The notes beneath the pieces are model-generated. The model did not search any database and was not told the origin of the DNA. It saw nothing but the letters and a program-made list of their open reading frames with translations. Shown here piece by piece: positions 46,507 to 60,428 of a stretch of DNA of 64,000 nucleotides. Positions within the stretch are counted from its first letter, which is position 1, and every line of letters begins with the position of its first letter. Both the position numbers and the translations under genes were made by a program. Source of the stretch: Selaginella moellendorffii (lineage: Eukaryota; Plantae; Lycopodiophyta); assembly GCF_000143415.4 (NCBI RefSeq), contig NW_003314355.1, forward strand, positions 453,410-517,409, in the 5' to 3' direction.

Positions 46507-49381
46507 GTGTTGAGGTGGTGGTTCGTCCACCCTATCGTTTGAACGAAAAAGAACTCGCGAAGCTCAAGTGCCAACTAGAGGAGTTGGTGGACAAGGGGTA
46601 TGTTAGGTTGAGCAAATCGCCGTATGGGGCACTGGTGCTATTCGTGAAAAAGAAAGATGGGTCTATGCGCATGTGCATAGACTACCGGTTGGTCAACAAG
46701 TATACAAAGAAGAACAAGTACCCTTTGCCAATGATTGAGGACCTGTTCGATAGGTTGGGAAAGGCAAAATACTTCTCGAGAATTGACCTAAGGTCAGGAT
46801 ACTACGAGATCAGGGTAGCGAAGGAAGATGTCGAGAAGACAACCTGTCGAACGAGGTATGGGAGCTTTGAGTTTCTGGTGATGCCCTTCGGACTATGCAA
46901 TGCGCCGGCAACGTTTTCAGCGTTGATGAACCATATCTTTGTACCCTATCTGGATCACTTTGTGGTCATTTATATTGACGACATCCTGATCTATAGCGAA
47001 ACGCTAGAGGAGCATGCCAAACACTTGACGAAGGTGTTTGAGAAACTAAGGGAACACCAGCTGTATGCTAAAGAGAGCAAATGTGACTTTGCTCAACAAG
47101 AGGTAAAGTTTCTCGGGCATGTGGTGGGCAAGGACGAGCTCAAGGTGGACCCTGAGAAGGTCCAAGCGATCCAGGATTGGGAACGACCATCGAATATACA
47201 CGAGTTAAGGGCATTCTTGGGGCTATGCAACTACTATCGAAAGTTTATCAGACACTATTCGAGAGTAGCCCTGCCCTTAACGGACCAAACGGGAAAAGGG
47301 AAGATGGTATGGACAGCGGAATGTGAGGCGGCATTTGTCCACCTCAAAGGGAAGTTGAGGAAGGCTCCCGTGTTGGCATTACCAGACTTTGGTAAGGACT
47401 TTGAGGTAGAAATAGATGCTTCAGACTTTGCGTTGGGCGCGGTTTTGAAGTAGAACAACCATCCAGTAGCATTCTTCTCGAAGAAGTTGGACAAGGCTCA
47501 ACGGAAGTGGCCTGCCCATGAGAAGGAATTGTTTGCGGTGGTCAAGGCACTCAAGGAGTGGCGACACTACCTTGGGAGAAACTTCAAAGTTTACACGGAC
47601 AATGTGGCAACGAAACACTTCTTGTCACAGCCCGACCTAAGAGGAAAACAAGTCGGTGGGCCAATGCTTTGGCCAAGTTTGATTGCGAGATCCTGTACAA
47701 GCCTGGGAAGAGCAACATCATGGCAGATGCGTTAAGTCGAAAAGCAAGCTTGAAGTTGGCGATATCTAGCGTGACAGCAACCTTTTGGGATGATGTGCGG
47801 ACTGCATACGAGAACGATGGTCTAGCACAAGAAGTGTTGTTGAGGAATCTAGAGGCGCGGGAAGCTCACCAGAGAGGTGAGTTGCCAACGGAAGAAAAAA
47901 CGGGCTATGCGGAACGCAACGGACTCATATATTACAAGCAAACGAGGGTGTATGTTCCAGAAGGGGAACTAAGGAAGGTAGCCTTGGAAGAGTGTCATGA
48001 CGGACCTCTTGCGGGACACGGCGGAGTGCCCAAGACGATGGGCTTACTCAAAAGGAAGTATCACTAGCCAGATATGGCTAAGGACGTCCAAGACTATGTA
48101 AAGACATGTCCAACATGTCAGCAGGTCAAAGCCGTAACGAAGGCTAGTGGGGGCTTGTTGCAAAGCCTCCCCATTCCAGATCGTCCGTGGAAATGTCTCA
48201 CGATGGACTTCATCACGGGACTACCCCCAAGCGAGGGGTTCGATGCGATATTCGTGGTGGTGGACCGATTTTCAAAGATGGCACATTTCATACCCACCAC
48301 AACGGAAGTGGATGCGGAAGGTGTGGCGAAGCTATTCTTCGAACAAGTGGTTCGAGTGCGGGGAAGGCCAGAAGAGATTATCTCAGATCAAGATAAGATC
48401 TTCACTAGTAGGTTCTGGAGGACACTCCTGGAACAGTATCGCACCAAGTTGAAGTTCAGCATAGCCTATCACCCACAGACAGGTAATGGGTATTAAGTCA
48501 AGATTGATGGCACTAACACTTCTTGATAGACGGACAAACAGAAAGGGTGAATAGGCAGCTGGAGGATTATTTGCGATGCTATGTCTCGGGAGACCAGACC
48601 GATTGGGTAAGTCATTTAGGACTTGCGGAAATGTGTTATAACAACTCACCACATTCGAGCATCGGGGTGAGTCCATGGGAAATCATCAATGGGCGAGCTA
48701 TTGAAGGTCCTGTGGAACTCGGCGTGGCCGAGTATCATGGAGAGTTACCCGCAGTGGAGGCATTCACGGCGGAAAGACTCAACATTTGGAATCTAGTGAG
48801 GGATTCCTTGGAACGGGCTCAACAAAGGCAAACTAAGTATGCGAACCAAAAGCGTCGGGATGTGGAGTTCCAAGCTGGGGAGAAGGTGTGGCTGAACACC
48901 AAGAACCTTAGGCTACCAAGTGGGATCAGCCGGAAGTTGACCCAAAGGTAAAAATGCATGTATTCCTGTAAACGAATTGATCTTGAGTTCCTTAAACAGG
49001 TTCGCGGGGCCTTACGAGATTGAGGCTCGAATCGGTAAAGTGGCTTACCGTTTCCGACTTCCTCAAGAGATGGGGAAGATGCATCCCGTGCTCCACGTGA
49101 ACTTACTCAAGCCGTATTTTGAGGATCCGCTTGGCAAGGACCAAGTAAGACCTTTACCTGAGGTTATCCAAGGGGAGGAGGAATACAAAGTCGAGGCCAT
49201 CCTCAATGCGTGCAAGAGCAAGCGACAAGGACGGGAGGTGAGAGAGTTCCATGTGAAGTGAAAAGGATTTCCACACTGCGAAGCAACATGGGAACCGAAG
49301 GAGAACCTAGCAAACGCGCGACATCTAGTGGAGGAATTTCTGCATGGCAGAACTCTATGTACTTATGCAAAGTTCAATTAA
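46507..49381 (+). pseudogene. pol: pol (RT-RH-IN-chromodomain) of outer A
   Basis: Continues the gag-pol broken at 10783; near identical to 28840-31712; stops at 47451, 48065 and 49259, frameshift at ~47652; same two introns. Confidence 0.93.
48948..48999 (+). other. Predicted 52-nt intron 2 in the family A integrase GPY region (inner copy 31280-31330, acceptor mutated CAG>CAA)
   Basis: GTAAAA…AAACAG; removal restores KLTQRFAGPYEI. Confidence 0.82.
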
Positions 49382-49783
49382 AAGTATCAATTTGAGAAGT
49401 TGAGCAATGGCATATCTTGGGACCCGAAGGCGTGCCGGAGGTAAGCTAATTAGCATGGGTTAGCTAGGTCGACCAAGCGTAGGGAGCTACGCCCGACTCC
49501 CTGTGGGGATGTCGAATCCGTAGACATATTCTACGGAGGTTGGGTTCGAGTCCCAACCCCCTAGTAAAGCAAGGTTGGGTTCAAGTCCCGACCCTATACT
49601 AGGGCGTGGTGAGGTGAGGAGTATAGGGACACCTATATTCCGTTGTCATGGGCTCTTGGCCGGGGAGGCTAACTTAGGCACACCGCTAAGTGGGGGGATG
49701 CGCCCGGAGATATGGTCAACAAGTCGTAGGATAAAAGGAGACGTTCGATGTGGGCATCGAACTTCTTCTATGGGTGGTGGAGT

Positions 49784-50918
49784 TCTAAGGAACCAACTCG
49801 CCGAGGTGTCTTAGGCTAAAGGAACCCCGAAAGCATGACCAAAATGACAAAGAGTTCATCGGATGGGACCAAGTCGAAGATCGAGTCCAAGACCGACTCT
49901 AGGACCGAGTTCGAGATAGAGTCCGGAATTGAGTCCGAGACCGACTCGGGGACCGAGTTCGAGTCCGAGTTCGAGACCGAGTTCGAGACGGAGTCCGAGA
50001 TCCGAAATCGGGTCCGAGACCGAGTCCGAGGTCGGGTCCGAGATCGGGTCCGAGATTGAGTCCGAGATCGAGCCCGAGACCGAATCCGAAGTCGGATCCG
50101 AAATCGGGTCCGAGATACTAAGTCCAAATACTAATACGGGTCAAGGGGTGAAAGCCCAAAGCGTGCGTCTCCCGGGGGGGGGGGGGGGGGGGGGGCTACC
50201 GGGGGTTCCCAAAGTTTAGTAGGGATAGGGGGGCCCCAAAACCAGTTTTGAAGGGACCCTCCCGTTGGGCTTCCAAACCCACTTGAGGGTGAGACAGGGA
50301 CCGAGGGGCCTGGGTGGGAGTGAGCATGGACTTGGTTGGTGCCGGAGGGGCCATCCAAGGAAGTGCTCAAGAGCAGCTCCCACTCCCGAAAGGGAAACCG
50401 ATTGCGGTGCTTCCGGCTCAGGTGGAGTGGTGCCCCACTTGAGTACCATACGGCTCATTGGTCCTCGCCCTTCCGAGGGGCTTGGGCCTTCCTTCAAGAT
50501 GGAAGTGCGGGGGTAGAGGTACCCATACCGGGCCGCTAGGCCACAGTGTTTCACCCCGGCATCCTGAAGCAAGGGTTGCACTCAAGACTTGGGATTTAGA
50601 GGGTCCCATGATCAAGTCTTGTGGTACCAAGGGATGTTAGGAATCTAGAAGCTTGGTGTGCTTGGCTGCTTGTGCTTGCAAGGAGTGTAGCCGAACCTTA
50701 AGTCTGATCTAACCCGGGGAGGGGGATTGGGAGTGATTTGGGAATCCATGGAAGGATGGCTAACACTCCGGTGCTCGTACAGTGAGTAGCTGAAACCAAG
50801 TAGGAGCTGGTACCATAGGCGAGAACCTTGGCAAGGGAACTTAGCAAAAGCCAAGGCAGTGTTGGACGGATAGACGAAGTAAGCTGGCAAATTGGAAAAG
50901 AAAAATTTGTGGCTTACA
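49784..50918 (+). repeat. 3' LTR of outer A
   Basis: Homologous to 7671-8828; followed by TSD TAGGA. Confidence 0.93.
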
Positions 50919-50923
50919 TAGGA

Positions 50924-51351
50924 CTTCCTCACCACCCGACTGTATCCTTGGTCACTACACCAGAGGACTACTCCTCTTCCTTTTCACAATCTGGGCCTTT
51001 GGGACAACATTTTGGAACATTGTGGCCCTACGCGAGCCTTATGGGTACTCTCCCCGCCTTCCACTTTTGGGTGCTCTAGCCATGGGCTTAGAGCGAGGTT
51101 CCGTTGAGCCATGCCAGGTATCCAAGTAGGGAGTGCCACCCACACTTAGACTGGGAGCATCAACCATTCGATCTCCCGGGGGAACTAGAGCCAACTCTTG
51201 AACATTTCACTAAGCTACCTCGCTTGTCGGTCCGTATTCACTTTAGCTTTGAACTTCGCAGTGGTTATCCCATCACCCAACACCTGGGTACAGCCTTCCT
51301 AGGACAAACCGGCCTTTCCTGGCCAAACTGGCTCCACTGGAGTCCTCCCCC
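50924..51351 (-). mobile_element. Continuation of the inverted LTR-B-related LTR, target of Sola copy 2
   Basis: Reverse complement of LTR-B ~14054-14485. Confidence 0.85.
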
Positions 51352-51793
51352 AAGCTCTATTTCGTTAAAGTGGGAATTGTCATTATCCCACTTGTAAAAT
51401 AAGGTTTCCAAACCTTTATATAGTATATAAATATAACAAAATTCAACTGCATTGAGGCACATGCCATTTTATTTTAAACAAGGAAATGTCTACTCAATCA
51501 CTTCTCCTCCCCCTGCCACTGCTTCACCTCTCTCTTCTCCTTGTCATCGTCGTCCAATTTCTTTCCATCCTTTTAATATTGGCTCAGTTGCTCCGAGTCT
51601 AGGTGGAGCCCAAGTCCCCATTCAATCTTTACTTTCCCCTTATTAATAAAACAACTTCGTAGACTTCCAATAACATGCTGTAACACTTCTAGTATAATGC
51701 AAATCCTCTCAAAGAATTGTCTTTTAATATTAATACAATGGCATGGAACCCCATGCCATAATAAGTTACATTTTTAAATAAATACATGCCATC

Positions 51794-54700
51794 TCAGACT
51801 GTTATTTTTTGCCTCCAACGCCTATACAATAATCTTGGAATTTCATCACTCTCCACACTATCAGGATTTAAACCCAATAGTAATGCCATCTCTTCTCTAA
51901 TACGTCCACGCTCATGTTCAGTGGTCGAAGAACCCATCCAGTTGAGCAGATTATGGAGATGCGGATAGTGCTTGGCTAGACAATATACATGCCATAAATG
52001 ATGACTGGTGTCTGTCCGATCAAATGGCTTCTGATATACCGTTCCATCTGCCATTTGGTTGATTTCTGCAGCCACCTCCTGGACTGGCCGGTTCTCTATC
52101 ACCATCGCTTCAAGCCGTTTTGCAAGGTCCCCCAGAACATACGGTTTCTTCTCCCTAGTTTCCATACTGCAAGAGATGGGGTGCACTGCATATGTGTGCG
52201 TGTTCGTTGTAGTTTTAATCGGCGAGTCATCGATGATGAGGATTTCACTTGACCTAGCAGTCCGGTTCATCACTACAGCCTCTGGCTTGACGAAGATGGG
52301 CTTGCTACCCCTCACATGGACCATAGTCAAGAAATCCTCCTGTGTTAGGAGAAAGTCAAATGGTAATATTACTCGCGTCTGATCGTGCATCATCTGTAGC
52401 AACGTTAATGCATTATGGCGCATCATGGATGTCCAAACTCCCAATTGCAAATTGAACTCGGCCCTCTGTTTTAAGTGTCGCATGGTCATTATTAGATCCC
52501 GCAGTTTCTCCCGTGTGATTAATGTGAATCTGTCTCTTTTGACCAACTTGCGACCGCAGGCTTTGGAGGGTGCAGTGACATTCGAGGACGAGCCACGCTC
52601 ATGGGAGAAAAGGACACCATTCAGATCAAAAACGATACAGTACTTTCGCCGTGACTCTGAAATGAAATGCGTCAGCATAAAAAATGGTACAAGTCAATTT
52701 TACCATCTACAATATTAGCGAATGGTGCTCCCGATGGTCGTTCAGAGGGTTTTGGTCGAGGAAACGTGAAGGGCGGAAATACTCTCCTCTGCAATGTGGG
52801 GTCAATCGCATCCGATGGCGTGTGGGCACATGCCATTTCAGCTGTAGACTCTGGTACAACTGGCTCAACAGTGGCATGGGGTGGTTCCGATGGCGTGTGA
52901 TCACACGCCATTTCAGCTGGTGCCTCCGTTGGCAAAGTGGACATGACCGAACAGGCAGCAGGGGCGGTGTAGGGAGGTTCCAACGGCGCGTAGTCAGACG
53001 ATTGGGCACATGTTGAGTCCGTTGGAAATGAGGATACGACCGGCTCGGCGGCTGGGGCGGCCTCATGCGGGTCCAATGGCGCCTGGTCACCGTCAGTTGG
53101 ATACGTGGACAAGATTGACTCAGTGGTATGGGCAGCATCAAGTGGAGCGTGGTCAGCTTGCTTGGCGTTGATATGGATAGTAGCCTCCACCAGTTCTGAT
53201 GACTCTTGCAGGCAAGTAGAGTCCACTGGCGGATCCATATGCATGTCCAAATATCTCCCTTCGATTGAGATGGTATCCTCCCTACTGGCTACTAAAAACA
53301 AACTCATTAACACATTGAATCGACTATACTGTATTTACCATCAACTGCTATTGGGTGCACTGCTGATTCTGAAGGATTGGACATACGTTTCGACCCTTGC
53401 TTGGCACTATCCTTCCTCGACACTAAAGGCTAGAGTTTGTATCTTAATTCAACTGAATAATCTCTACTTACCATTTCTTCTGCGACCTACATGGACAATG
53501 TTAGAAATGGTAAAAGGTTAGAAATGGATGTACTATTATTTACCTGATGGTTTGTCTTGTATGACCTTCCTCCGCTGCTCTTTGGCCACCTCAGGCTGGC
53601 CATCGTCGTCATCATCGTCATCGTCGTTATTGTGATCGTCACCATTGTGAGGACCATCCAAGTCCTTTTCGTCCTCCTCTTCTTTGTCCTCCTCTTCGTC
53701 CTTCTGCTCTTCCTGCTCATTATCTTTCTCTGGCTCCTCATCCCCCTCTTGCATTTCTTCCATAGGCTGCTCAGGCTGGATGGCTTGTTTTTCCAGGACC
53801 ATCTTGGGAAAATCATCTGGCCGAGTCTCCATCTCAAAATACAAGACATCCATAGCCTGTTTTAGTGCGTGACCTAGGACCGTATCCTCACCCGACTGTC
53901 TTAACATGGTTTCTGCACGTTCTTGCACCCTTCGAAGACGACAAGATGAGAAAAACGTGGCCCTGACTTGAAAAGCATCCCTCATCCATTGTACCTCTCC
54001 ATTGAGATTGGGGAAGGGGAGTCCGCCATAGGAATCTGAGTCAGAAGGTGGTGACTGGCTCCTTTCACTCAGCCCTTGATCTGCAATGAATGGCATGAGC
54101 ACACACGCCATAACCGCGAGGCATTACCTATCATCTTTTCGTTGCCCTTCTTCCTTTTCGAATCAAACGCCTCTGATCCCGACGACTGTCCAACGTGCTT
54201 TCGCTTTTTATGACCACTGTCAGTTTGAGCTTGGTTGGTGCTTGCCTGTTTTGCCTTTGAAGAAGTGTCTCCTGCAAGGAATGGCATGAGACCACACGCC
54301 ATTGCAAATATAATTTGTACCTCCTTTTTTCCTATTGCTTGTCTGTTTGTCCTTCTTCGACGCGCCACTAGTGCGCTTTTCAGTCCTCGTGTCTGAATAT
54401 TCACAACGATCTATAATCAAAATGGCGTGAGGCCTCATGTGACCTTACCTTGTGCAGGTTGTGACCTCGGCCTAACATCAGTAGCTGTTAACGCCGTTTC
54501 AGCATCTGGGGGTGGCCACGCTCCTGCATACAGAGCTTGTGAGATAACATTTAAACTTAAAGTGCGTACTCACCAGGTTCGTAGAGAAGATACTGTTTTT
54601 CTTTGGCAACTGTAATTATATGCTCCATTGAAGTCACCTCTTCAATGGAGTTTGTCACCGCAACACACGGGACACCCTTGAGTAGTGCGGCTCGAAAGAA

Positions 54701-57357
54701 TAGTCCGCTGCAGTTGTACTCGACAACGCATTTGCCCTTGGAGTCACCCGCTATTGCGTTGAAGACCCAGCTGAGCATTTCCCATGCTGCACCTGGAGCT
54801 TTCTTTGGATTCGAAAGCTCCATAGCCGTCTTCAGTTCCTCAGGCACGGGTAAATTGACCTCCCTCAGATCAATTCGATCGGCTTTGTTGAACGAAGCTG
54901 GGAAGTCACTCCAGTCCCACTCTGCTGCAGGACCAATAACAAGGGCGAGTGTGAAGATGCGGACATTCGTCGGTATCTTCTTCTTAGCCATTATCCCATG
55001 TATCTCCCGCATCTCCTTGCCTTTCAACCCAGCCTTCACCTCGTTCAAGGCCTTCCAGAACTTGTGATAGGATTCGGAGTCGTAGATCATATAGTGGACT
55101 GAAGATTCCACCTCCGCAAGTCCCACCATTAAGTCAATGATGGAGCTGACTTCGTCTGCATGAGTGATCTCCTCGTTTGTGAAGTCCATCACACAAAAGA
55201 TGTTCTTGACCTGCTCATCTCCGCAGGAAACGATGCTCCTCCACCTTTGATCCTCATCCGAATTCACGTATACCCGGTAAGGTTCTCGATAGGCCTCTGC
55301 TGCGGGGTCGAGCTGTTTCTGAAGCCGGCGGTCAACATCCCTCTTAATGAAATTTGGATACTGATCCAACTTCTCAGCTTTACTTTTCGTGGCATCCCGC
55401 AGCAGATCGATGAACTTGGGGGCCCCCTTCACGTACTCGTTGATGTCTTCATTTGACAAGTCCAGCTCTTCCATCATCTCTTGCGTGGTGTCGATGCTCA
55501 CCCTCGCCACGGCCACTTGCTCGAAGATCCAATCCTTCAATGGCGCACGAGCTCTCATAGTCGTGCACAAGTCCTCGTATGTCACAATATGGCCGGGAGT
55601 CATTTTGGTCTTGTTGAAGACTACCTCACCACGTAGAAGAGCATTAGCCACTGTCAGAAGGTCGTCGTCGTCTAGAGACCGCGAGAAATGCAAGGCGTTG
55701 AGCTTCAAATCATTGGGCTTCCGGCCGTCCTCCACACCCATTGAGTTTAGCAACTCCCCGTCATGGTACCTCCTTAGCACATCTACCCATTTGTCAAAAA
55801 CAACTTTTGTCGCGAGTAGAATGTTATGGATGCTGAGTGTGTCATTGACCCCCAGTGTTTTCGAGAGAAGACTCGAGAATTCCTGCAATGGAAATGGCGT
55901 GAGGCCACATGCTATGCCACATGCAACGAGGCTTACCTGCCAGGCGCTAGTTGCTAGTGCACGTCCTTGTCCTGGTTTTTGTGGCTTCTTCAGTTGAACC
56001 CAGAGCTTCCGTGTTCGTGCCAATGTCTCGTGCAGACCCGATTTGTAGCACGTTTCTTGCTTGACATTCTGCGCGTGGGAGATGTATATGATAGATCGGA
56101 GGGGCGAGTTGCCTTTTATCAGGCGGACAACTCTTGTCTTGAAGACTTTCTTCACCTCCTCGCCCACCATAATATCCACAACTATCTGTTGCATCGCCAA
56201 GCTAGAATGTTGCCCGGAGACGGCATAGAACCGGATGTTCTGATCGTCCAACACCTTCCTATTGATCAAGTCTGGAAACCTCGTCTCGCCCTTCATTGTT
56301 CGGTAGTAGGGGATCACGTCTGCGATGTCGGGTGTTACTGGACTTGCCAGCATCTTCTGCTTCAGTTTCTCCACCCACTCATCAGATACTAGCCTGTGGT
56401 TGTATTTGCTTTGGATGTCGATACGGCTCACGTCGATTGTATATACTTTGTTGGAATAGTAACAAGTACTATTATCTGCGACGATTTTTGCTGCCTCTTC
56501 TTGCTCTTTCTGCTCTTTGCGGCTCTTCTTTTTGGTGGGTGTAGTGTTCGAACCAGAGGCAATGGCATCACCGAGTAGCTTCTTTTTTGGAGCAGCAGAG
56601 TCGGACGTCGGCTTGAGCTTGACCACCCTTTTCTGCTTCGGGGTAGTTTCCAGATCGACCCCCTTCCCCTTCGCTTCGCAAACTGGAGGCACTCTCAACG
56701 GCTCAATGTTGGAATATAGTTTTTGAACATCGCCGTAGGTGAGGTCCGTGGATTCCATGTGATCTTCATAGACCCGCAGCGTCTTTGAAATTGTGGGCCT
56801 CCTGGACAACCTCTCCCTAGCTCCCTCTAGGAATTCCTCATAGCCGCTGCCCCCCTCCGGGAAGCTGCTAGGATGTGCAAGGTGGATCTTGAAGGCGGAC
56901 GCTGTCTCTACCACAAGTGCCAGTCCATATTCTTGCATGGAACTGCATGGAGTGTCTGTCACTTGGATGAGGATCCCCATGCATTCTTTTCTCCCACCAT
57001 CTGTGTTGTACAGCATCAGATCCTCGCCTTCCATCCCGAAAGTCCAACTGGTGAGCTCCTCCCCCTTCTCTACATCCACATTGACAGTGGCTGGAAGAAG
57101 AACGCAATTCCTCGCCTGTTCAGAAATGCACAACAATTAGAGCTGACAGATGAAAAGCTAGCAGCTGGAAATAACGTGAGGCCACACGCCATTCACCACT
57201 GCATCAGATGTCTTGAGGCTGCATCCTAAGATGGCGTGAGGCTACACGCCATCTGTAACCGGACTGCACTCGAGAGCCCAATCGGTGCATGCCAATGTTG
57301 CTACTGAATGGCATGTGGCCTCATGCCATTTTCTACTTGGCCTAAAAGACTTACCAT
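51794..57357 (-). CDS. ParB-like / MTase-like / NIF phosphatase cargo gene, copy 2 (~1622 aa)
   Basis: Same exon-intron structure as copy 1; the indels seen versus copy 1 are +6, +9, +3 and -24 nt, all in frame. Confidence 0.75.
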
Positions 57358-60048
57358 TTGAAGCCGAATGGAGGCCGTGACAATCGAGGCCGGACTCGCT
57401 GGCGAATGTGCACTGTGTGTGCAGCGGATCGTAGCAGCAAGGCTACTCTGCCACTTACAGTTGGAGAGTGGTGCTGAAATCTCCCGAGACGCCAAGTGGG
57501 CTGCGTGTGGGTGGCGGAGTGGGCGGCGAAGTTACAAACTGGGTGTGTCTTGAAGTGGACGCCGATGCACACGAGCGCGATGCGAGCACGAGTGTGATGC
57601 AAGCGCGAGTGGACGCCGATGCACACGAGAAACCTGTAGAGAAGTGAGCGTGATCGCGAGTGGGAGCGCGATGCGAGCGGGAGTGCGAGTGTGATGCGAG
57701 CGCGAGCGCGAGTACAAAGCAAAATGCAAAACCTAACCTCACACGCGCGAAATGTCACAACGGTTGGTAATCCCGCCACGTCATCATTCCTCGGACTTGG
57801 GCGCCACCATTACTTTCTGGATTGCCGCGCGCATGCAAGCACGCAAAATCCAAAAGAAATCCACAACGTCATCATTCCTCGGACTGCATGCACGCGAAAT
57901 CCAAAAGAAAGATCATGATTGGGATATCATTTAATACCCTCGCTATATTTATACCATGCATGATTGGATATTCCAAAGCATCTTGTATTTCCAAAAATGG
58001 CAGATGTTCAGCTAAATAAAGAAATTCTATCTGTTTCTATTTTTCTCTCAAATCAATATTATAGCGTGTGGGCTCATGCAATTTTGAACCAAAGAAACCC
58101 AAAAAACGTTGGACCCAAAATATTTTGAAAAAACCCAAAAAACCCTAAACATTTTAAACCCAAAAATCCAGGCGTCCTGTGGCGTTATTCCTTGAATGGC
58201 GTGTGGGCGCATGCCATTTTCAGGGCCAAATGCTGAATGGAGAAAAATTCCCTTTCAGTGCAAATGCTGCAAGAGGCAGATGCCGAGCACAAATGACTGT
58301 AACTACTTCACATGACACAGATAAACTTTTCTTTATTTGGCAAAGATAAACTTTATAGCGTGTGGGCTCATGCAATTTTGAACCCAAAAAATGCACCAAA
58401 AAATTCTCGGCGTCATCTGGCGTTATCTCTTGAATGGCGTGGGGCCGCATGCCATTTTCAGGGGCACATAGGAGTATATTCCTAGGATATTTTGACACGC
58501 GCGAGATTTTTTGAGTTTTCTGGAGATCCAACCGTTAGATCGCAACTAGATTTTACAGAATGGTATACAATGTCTTTCTTGATGACCCTACAAAGAAGCA
58601 TCTCGATCGGACACCACATGAGACCACACGAGCCTTACAATGTTTCAGGGGCATTTGCCATAGATCCGACCGTTATTTTGCTCCAAGATTTTACAGTTTG
58701 GTGTGCATTGACCTTTCCATCGAAATTGCAAAGGGACATCACAATCAGATGCGGGATCACAAGAAACTAACTTCACTAACTCTGGTTTCACCAAGATCTA
58801 CATAAGGAGTTATGAAATGAAAGGACCCTCTCTATTGAAATGTGTTTATGGTCCTAGGGGCATTGTGACATATCAAAGGATTTTGCATCAAGTTCTGTAT
58901 TTGCATGTTTATCAAGCTACTGAATTGCTAAACCCTAAACCCTAAACCCTAAACATGTGGCAAATGCTGCGTGAAGAAAGATGCCCTTTCTGGGCAAATG
59001 CTGTAAGAGGCAGATGCCGAGCAGATGTATCTCAGGCTAGCGAAGGGGACAAACGAAAGCTAGCTATAAACATGACGGGATGCAAATAGATTACTAGGCT
59101 GGTCCTGCGAAAATCAAAAACCATAATTGAAAACATTGAAAATGCAAAAAGAAAGGTTTATAATATTTTTGAATTTTAAGCAACCAAAGGAATGTAAGTA
59201 GGGCATGTGTTTGTAAGTTTAAAAATGCCTCAACCACTTAAATTCCCAAGTAAATAAAGCTGTTTCTATTTCTGGTACAGGTAAACTTTATAGCGTGTGG
59301 GCTCATGCAATTTTGAACCCAAAAATGCACAAAAAAATGCTCGACTAGCATTATTCTTTGAATGGCGTGTGGCCTTATATTGCCATAAATGGACGTACAC
59401 ACACAGCATAATTATTCCTTTACATGGCGAATAATCTTGGCGCGGATCGCTGACATGGCATGGCAAAGTTCGAATCACTGACATGGCACAGCTGGATCGA
59501 GGCAAGGACATGATGTGACAAAGTTCAAGCTCCGACAGCAAAGTCTAGAAGCTACTCAGTTTGAAATTTGTCAGAGGATTTGATGTGACGTTCAAGCGTG
59601 TGTTATTTTTGAATTCTCGAACTCATTCCTAGGTCTATCATTTTTGTGAGCCGTGTTCTTGTTTCCGCTGAGCGCAGTGAGCGCTGCTTGTGTAAGCGGC
59701 ATTGTGGGCTGTGGTTTATGCGTCTACGAGCGGTTGCGGCATTGCGAGCGCCATTGCGAGCGGCAGTTTATGCGAGTGGCAGTTTGTGCGAGCGGCGCTA
59801 CGAGCAGTTGCGGTGTTGCGAGCGGCGCTACGAGTAGTTGCGGTGTTGCGAGCGGCACTGTCTTTGGTGTGGCTACCACTTCCTCTTGATATTCGGCACT
59901 TGTGCTTCCTGGTATGTTCACCATGGAATGGCTTAGGACCACATTTAGAAATGGCATGAGGCCACATGCCATCTTGGGCCCTTGCAATTTCATGGCTAGC
60001 GTATTGTCATGTATGTTTTTACTTGCCTGCAGCTGTGTGTATATCAAG

Positions 60049-60240
60049 ATGGTATGAGGCCTCATGCCATCTTTGGCCCCTCCTAGCCTATTGCCATATT
60101 CCTTTTCCCTTGCTGCAACTGTATATATTTTTGTATGGGTGACTAGTCACGCACACAAAAATATATACAGTTGCAGCAAGGCAAAAGGAATATAGCAACA
60201 GGCTAGCAGGGGCCAAAGATAGCGTGAGGCCTCATGCCAT
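60049..60240. repeat. ~190-bp near-perfect foldback centred on GTGACTAGTCAC, bounded by the 20-bp palindrome; absent from copy 1
   Basis: Arms ctttggcccct…ttgctgcaactgtatatatttttgt / acaaaaatatatacagttgcagcaa…aggggccaaag; followed by a second palindrome around GGTACC. Confidence 0.9.
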
Positions 60241-60428
60241 TAGTGGTACCACTAATGGCATGAGGGCTCATGCCAATTTTGTGAATGCGAAATTTCACGT
60301 GGGTGTCAATAGCATGTTTGAATAATGGCATGTGGCCTCATGCTATTGAGGTTGTTTGGTATGTTATGATTTAGGCCATTCTCCAATCATTTTTTGTATG
60401 GTCTTAACTTCTTTTCTGCACTTTCAGA

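Larger units (their letters stand above)
7671..50918 (+). mobile_element. Ty3/gypsy chromovirus family A, outer copy (full length, with nested insertions)
   Basis: LTRs 7671-8828 and 49784-50918 (TG…CA; the 3' LTR starts TC); TSD TAGGA at 7666-7670 and 50919-50923; PBS TGGTATCGGAGC at 8832-8843; gag-PR before the inner insertion and RT-RH-IN-chromodomain after it. Confidence 0.95.

Noticed and set aside
50160-50320. Locally divergent LTR segment after a long G run, and the N gap at 8096-8195
   Set aside because: Both follow the same poly-G tract; most likely sequencing difficulty, not biology.
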